The notes under the pieces: model-generated
The model's database searches: none
What the model saw: the letters and a program-made list of their open reading frames with translations, nothing else
Told to the model about the DNA's origin: nothing
Translations under genes and position numbers: made by a program
Assembly: GCA_964016885.1 (NCBI GenBank)
Contig: OZ024750.1
Coordinates: 36,208,001 to 36,272,000 of the forward strand
From: Eledone cirrhosa
Taxonomy: Eukaryota
DNA length: 64,000 nt
Direction of reading: 5' to 3'
Part shown: positions 62,941-64,000 of the stretch, in pieces
Position numbering within the stretch: position 1 is the first letter of the stretch
Layout: the number at the start of each line of letters is the position of its first letter

Positions 62941-63377
62941 CATGGAGAGAAGCAGAATAGGAATAAAAGTTAGTATAAACCCGTCCACAACACCTAGTGG
63001 TTTCAGCTTGTATTGGGCAAGCCTCAGCAAGTACTTGCCAGATACAAGCAGAAACCACTAGGCATCACAGTTAGGTTTATAACTTCTTTTATACCCACTC
63101 TGCTGCTTTCATTGCATAAAATACTACCCTGATTTGTGATCTCCATATGCTCTGCACTGCAGACTGCATACACACAAACATACACATATATCTATATTTA
63201 CAAAGATAAGTCAAATTAAATATCATTTGTGTGAATCAGGTGCTCAAACAAAATAAATATGGAAGATTGATTACAAAATATTTTTCTCAGTGTGTTCCTT
63301 GCAATGTAGTAATTCAGTTAAAGAGGTTATGGAGAATATCACAGAGTATTTATAATAAAAATTATATATATATATAT

Positions 63378-63424
63378 AGGCACATGGCTTAGTATGGAGG
63401 CACATGGCTTAGTGGTTAGAGCAG
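63378..63424 (+). mobile_element. SINE B head only, with 5' duplication
   Basis: aggcacatggcttagt-atggaggcacatggcttagtggttagagca. Confidence 0.7.
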
Positions 63425-63559
63425 TGTGAGGTACGGTCCTAGCTGCTAGGTCAGTGCAGAGTTATAAATATTATTCTAGAGGAGACGAGAAGGAGGAGAA
63501 ATAGGTATAGGGGGTGGGTTTGGTGTCCCGGAGGCTCAGTGTGATGGGTTGCTATCCAT

Positions 63560-63800
63560 ATAGCTTGAGGGAAGTTCCCGGCCTAAGGTGTCTACAAGTA
63601 CCAAAGAAATCGGTCCTAAGGTTGATTAGATTACTCCCACCACTGAGTATCTCCAGAGTCTCAAACACCTGGGGAACGGGGTCGCCAAACTTAAGGAGTT
63701 GACTAGAATACTTGTCCATGCTGATAAAACCAGCAACCTCTACAGCATGGATGTAAAACTGTACAATAATCCTCAGGGAACTAAGGAAGAGCTACAGAAA
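63560..63800 (+). pseudogene. Penelope-like RT N-terminal fragment
   Basis: ILVHADKTSNLYSMDVKLYN (PLE ADKTxNxY motif) at ~63708-63767. Confidence 0.6.
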
Positions 63801-64000
63801 GTGATTATCATGTTTGCTAGAGAAAGCAGTTAGTACACTGGGGTTAACTCAACCATAAGGGAGTTTGAGACAATATAATAATGAGATACACACATATACA
63901 TGTATGTATATATATATATACATATACATATATATATATATATATACACAGTTCAAGAGTAACCAAGAGAGGAGAAGAGAGATTGGTGAATTGGTTAGAA

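Overview
AT-rich, microsatellite-dense eukaryotic DNA with no recognisable host gene. The SINE, LINE and microsatellite mix resembles an octopus or other coleoid cephalopod genome (inference). The window is a transposon mosaic. It holds one nearly intact RTE-clade LINE (7153-~12670, minus strand; one nonsense codon; nested tandem array at its 5' side) and many truncated RTE copies. There are three tRNA-derived SINE families, one of which shares its tail with the RTE. Other elements are Penelope-like fragments (one with a Naiad-type CxCx5Cx5C finger and GIY-YIG nuclease), Tx1/L1, CRE, R4/Dong, CR1 and BovB-type fragments, a hAT relic, piggyBac-like MITEs, Helitron pieces and several minisatellites, including a 43-bp TTAGGG-derived array. 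The most notable unannotated signal is about 10 type I hammerhead ribozyme motifs in several sequence families. Some show stem covariation and one family has an atypical core. They sit next to (TA)n tracts and long inverted repeats, which suggests Penelope pLTR or retrozyme-like self-cleaving RNA units.
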